From contig MCFE01000682.1 of NCBI GenBank assembly GCA_002104905.1, positions 1 to 46,323 on the forward strand: 46,323 nucleotides of DNA. Direction: 5' to 3'. Positions 43,988-46,323 of the stretch are shown piece by piece. The notes under the pieces are model-generated. The model had not been told where the DNA came from, made no database searches, and was given only the letters and a program-made list of their open reading frames with translations. This stretch comes from Basidiobolus meristosporus CBS 931.73 (taxonomy: Eukaryota; Fungi; Basidiobolomycota). Position numbers and translations under genes: made by a program. How positions within the stretch are numbered: the first letter of the stretch is position 1; each line of letters begins with the position of its first letter.

Positions 43988-46323
43988 TGTTGTAAGAGTC
44001 TTGGAGATATTGGAAGTGATTGGGAGAACAAGTAGATTATGTGGTTTTCACTTAATGATTTATTGAATGTAAAAGTAGTATTTATACTTTTACATGGTCT
44101 TGGCATTACAAACACGTAGAATAGGTTAAGGAAGGTCCCAAGAACATGTGTGCAAAGTTTGGGGCTGTTTGGACAACTTTGAGAATTTTCATGTTCTGGG
44201 TACCTGGTATTTTGGTGAAAATATTCTAAGTAAATCCCGACAAGGAATTTGGTCAGTATTCTCTAGGATTTGAAGATGATGATCTAAGTGACTAAGTTAG
44301 GTGAATATTTAGGTGGAAAATACAAATTTTTACAACACTCCCACTCAGCTAAATGTTCATACTGACTAGTCCTAATTTTGACCTAAGATATTCAAACTTG
44401 TCTCTAGCTAATGGTTTGGTAAATATGTCTGCAATCATTTCATCTGTAGGACAGTAAACTAAGCTAACTAAGTTATTCTCTATAGCTTCACGTATGAAAT
44501 GATGTCTAATATCTATGTGCTTGGTTCTAGCATGAAAAGTTGGATTTCTACCTAATTGTATACATCCTTGATTATCTTGAAATAAAGTAATAGGCGTTTT
44601 TTGACATAGGCCTAAATCTGTAAAGAGCTTTCTTAACCACATTGCTTCTTTTGTAGCTTCACAGGCTGCCATATACTCTGCCTCTGTAGTAGAAAGTGCT
44701 ACGGTTGGTTGCTTTCTTGAATTCCATGAAATGGCTCCTTTACAGTAAAGAAAGGTGTATCCTGTGGTGGATCTTCTGTCTTCTAAATTTCGTCCCCAAT
44801 CAGCATCAGAGTATCCCACAAGATCCTGTTCTGAATCCTTATAAGTGTATCTTAAACAGATATCAGCAGTTCCTTTTAGGTATCTAAAAATCCGCTTAAC
44901 TGCTGCAATATGATCAGATCCATAATTCTGATTATGTTGGCTGACAACTCCCACTGAATATGAGATATCTGGACGTGTTCCAAGCATGATATACATCCGA
45001 CTGCCGACCATAGATTGATAAGGAAAGTCAGGGCTTTCAGATGGCACCAAGCTCTCTTGATTTGGTTGAGTTTTGACCAAGTTAAGGTTTGTCTCCATTG
45101 GGGTAGCTGCCGGTTTACAGTCTTCCATTTTGTACTTCTTTAGTATATCTTGAATATACTTGGATTGGCTTAGGGTAATAGTCTGGGTACTTCTGTCTAT
45201 GGAGAACTTAATCCCTAAGTAGTAACTAAGTTCTCCTAGATTGGACATCTTGAACTCCTTAGATAGGCTGGATTTAGTCTCTTCCAATGTTTCTAGGTTA
45301 TTGGCGGCTATAATAAGATCATCCACATATAGAGCTAATAGAACTGGATTTGCTCTATCTGGCTTATAGTATATACTATAGTCAGCATTACTCCTTTTGA
45401 AACTCAAAGATTCCAAATAAGAATCTATCTTGCAATTCCAGGCTCTTGGTGATTGTTTGAGACCATATAGTGACTTTTTAAGCTTGCAGACCAAATGGGG
45501 GTTATCTTGGTCAACAAACCATCAGGCTGGTCCATATACACGTCCTCATCAAGTTCTCCATTCAAAAATGCAGTTTTTACATCCATTTGATGAATAAAAA
45601 ACTTATATTTGGCTGCAATAGCCAATATTAATCTGATGGAATTAAACTTGGCTACCGGTGCAAAGGTCTCAGTATAGTCAAGTCCTTTTGTTTGAGAGTA
45701 TCCTTTGGCTACAAGTCTTGCTTTGTATCTTTCAATTGTACCATCAGCCTTGTATTTTGTCTTGAAGACCCATCTGCATCCAATTGATTTTCGGTTGATT
45801 GGTAATTTGACTAAGTCCCAAGTTTGATTTTCCATCAGGGCCTGATATTCCTCAGTCATTGCAGATCTCCAAAACTTCGTCTGGGGCTATTTAGGGCCTC
45901 TTTTACAGTCTGGGGCTCATCAACATGGACTGAATAGGCATAGGCTAAGTTTGTACCCTCATTGATATAGTAATTTGGGCTATTTCTTGTCCGATTGGAT
46001 CTCCAGGCATTTGATACTGGAATGATCACTTCTGGGATATTCCTGGGCACTGATTCTGGCTGAACCACAGTTGTAGAGTCCTCTGGAGTGAAAAAATTTT
46101 CATTGTTTTGCTCTGATTCAATCCTGACAATTGGTGGACTTGAGATCAAATTTTCGTCATCATCTGATGTCATTTTTTGTGAAAATTTTGAATTTTCATC
46201 AAACAACACATCCCTGGACTTGATCAGCTTCTTTGCTTCGGTATTGTAGAGTCTGTATGCCTTACTCTCATTGCAGTAGCCCAAAAATATGCATTTTACA
46301 CTTTTTGGCTCAAATTTTGACTG
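43988..46323 (-). mobile_element. Copia copy, 3' half: integrase C-terminus, RT, RNase H, PPT, 3' LTR 43988-44337
   Basis: RT motifs YKARLVAKG, QMDVKTAFLNG, LYGLKQSPRAW and LYVDDL; RNase H GYSDADW, LSTTEAEY, TKHIDIR and IADIFTK. INT precedes RT (Copia order). PPT GAGTGGGAG abuts the LTR. Two frameshifts (~45500 and ~45870). Confidence 0.96.

Overview
Eukaryotic DNA from an intron-rich early-diverging fungus (inferred; plausibly Basidiobolus/Zoopagomycota from gene content, ~50-70 nt GT-AG introns and bacterial-like secreted enzymes). There are three compartments. (1) 1-~5.2 kb is an AT-rich, CpG-poor graveyard of Ty1/Copia 5' halves, a Gypsy-like remnant and a MITE. (2) ~5.8-31.4 kb is a GC-richer, TE-free core: CHS7, PEX11-family, PUB1/TIA1, RPS5, VAC8, NOG2, RPB8, RPL43, an 8-exon Dictyostelium-type P2X receptor, a Pho85-type cyclin, an EDE1/Eps15-like gene, NOP15 and a CLC transporter. 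(3) ~31.5-46.3 kb is an AT-rich accessory zone. It holds a divergent pair of intronless secreted enzymes (Cif-like epoxide hydrolase and GH25 muramidase), several short tandem duplications, a spliced ~345-aa UBR1-derived gene lacking the UBR box and ligase half, and a five-deep nested stack of one Copia family. Best candidates for undescribed biology: the truncated UBR1 derivative, the P2X homolog apparently lacking its ATP-binding lysines (with a 4x31-bp upstream array), and the secreted Cif-like/GH25 pair. All homology calls come from motif recognition by eye; no searches were run. No tRNA, rRNA or CRISPR could be supported.
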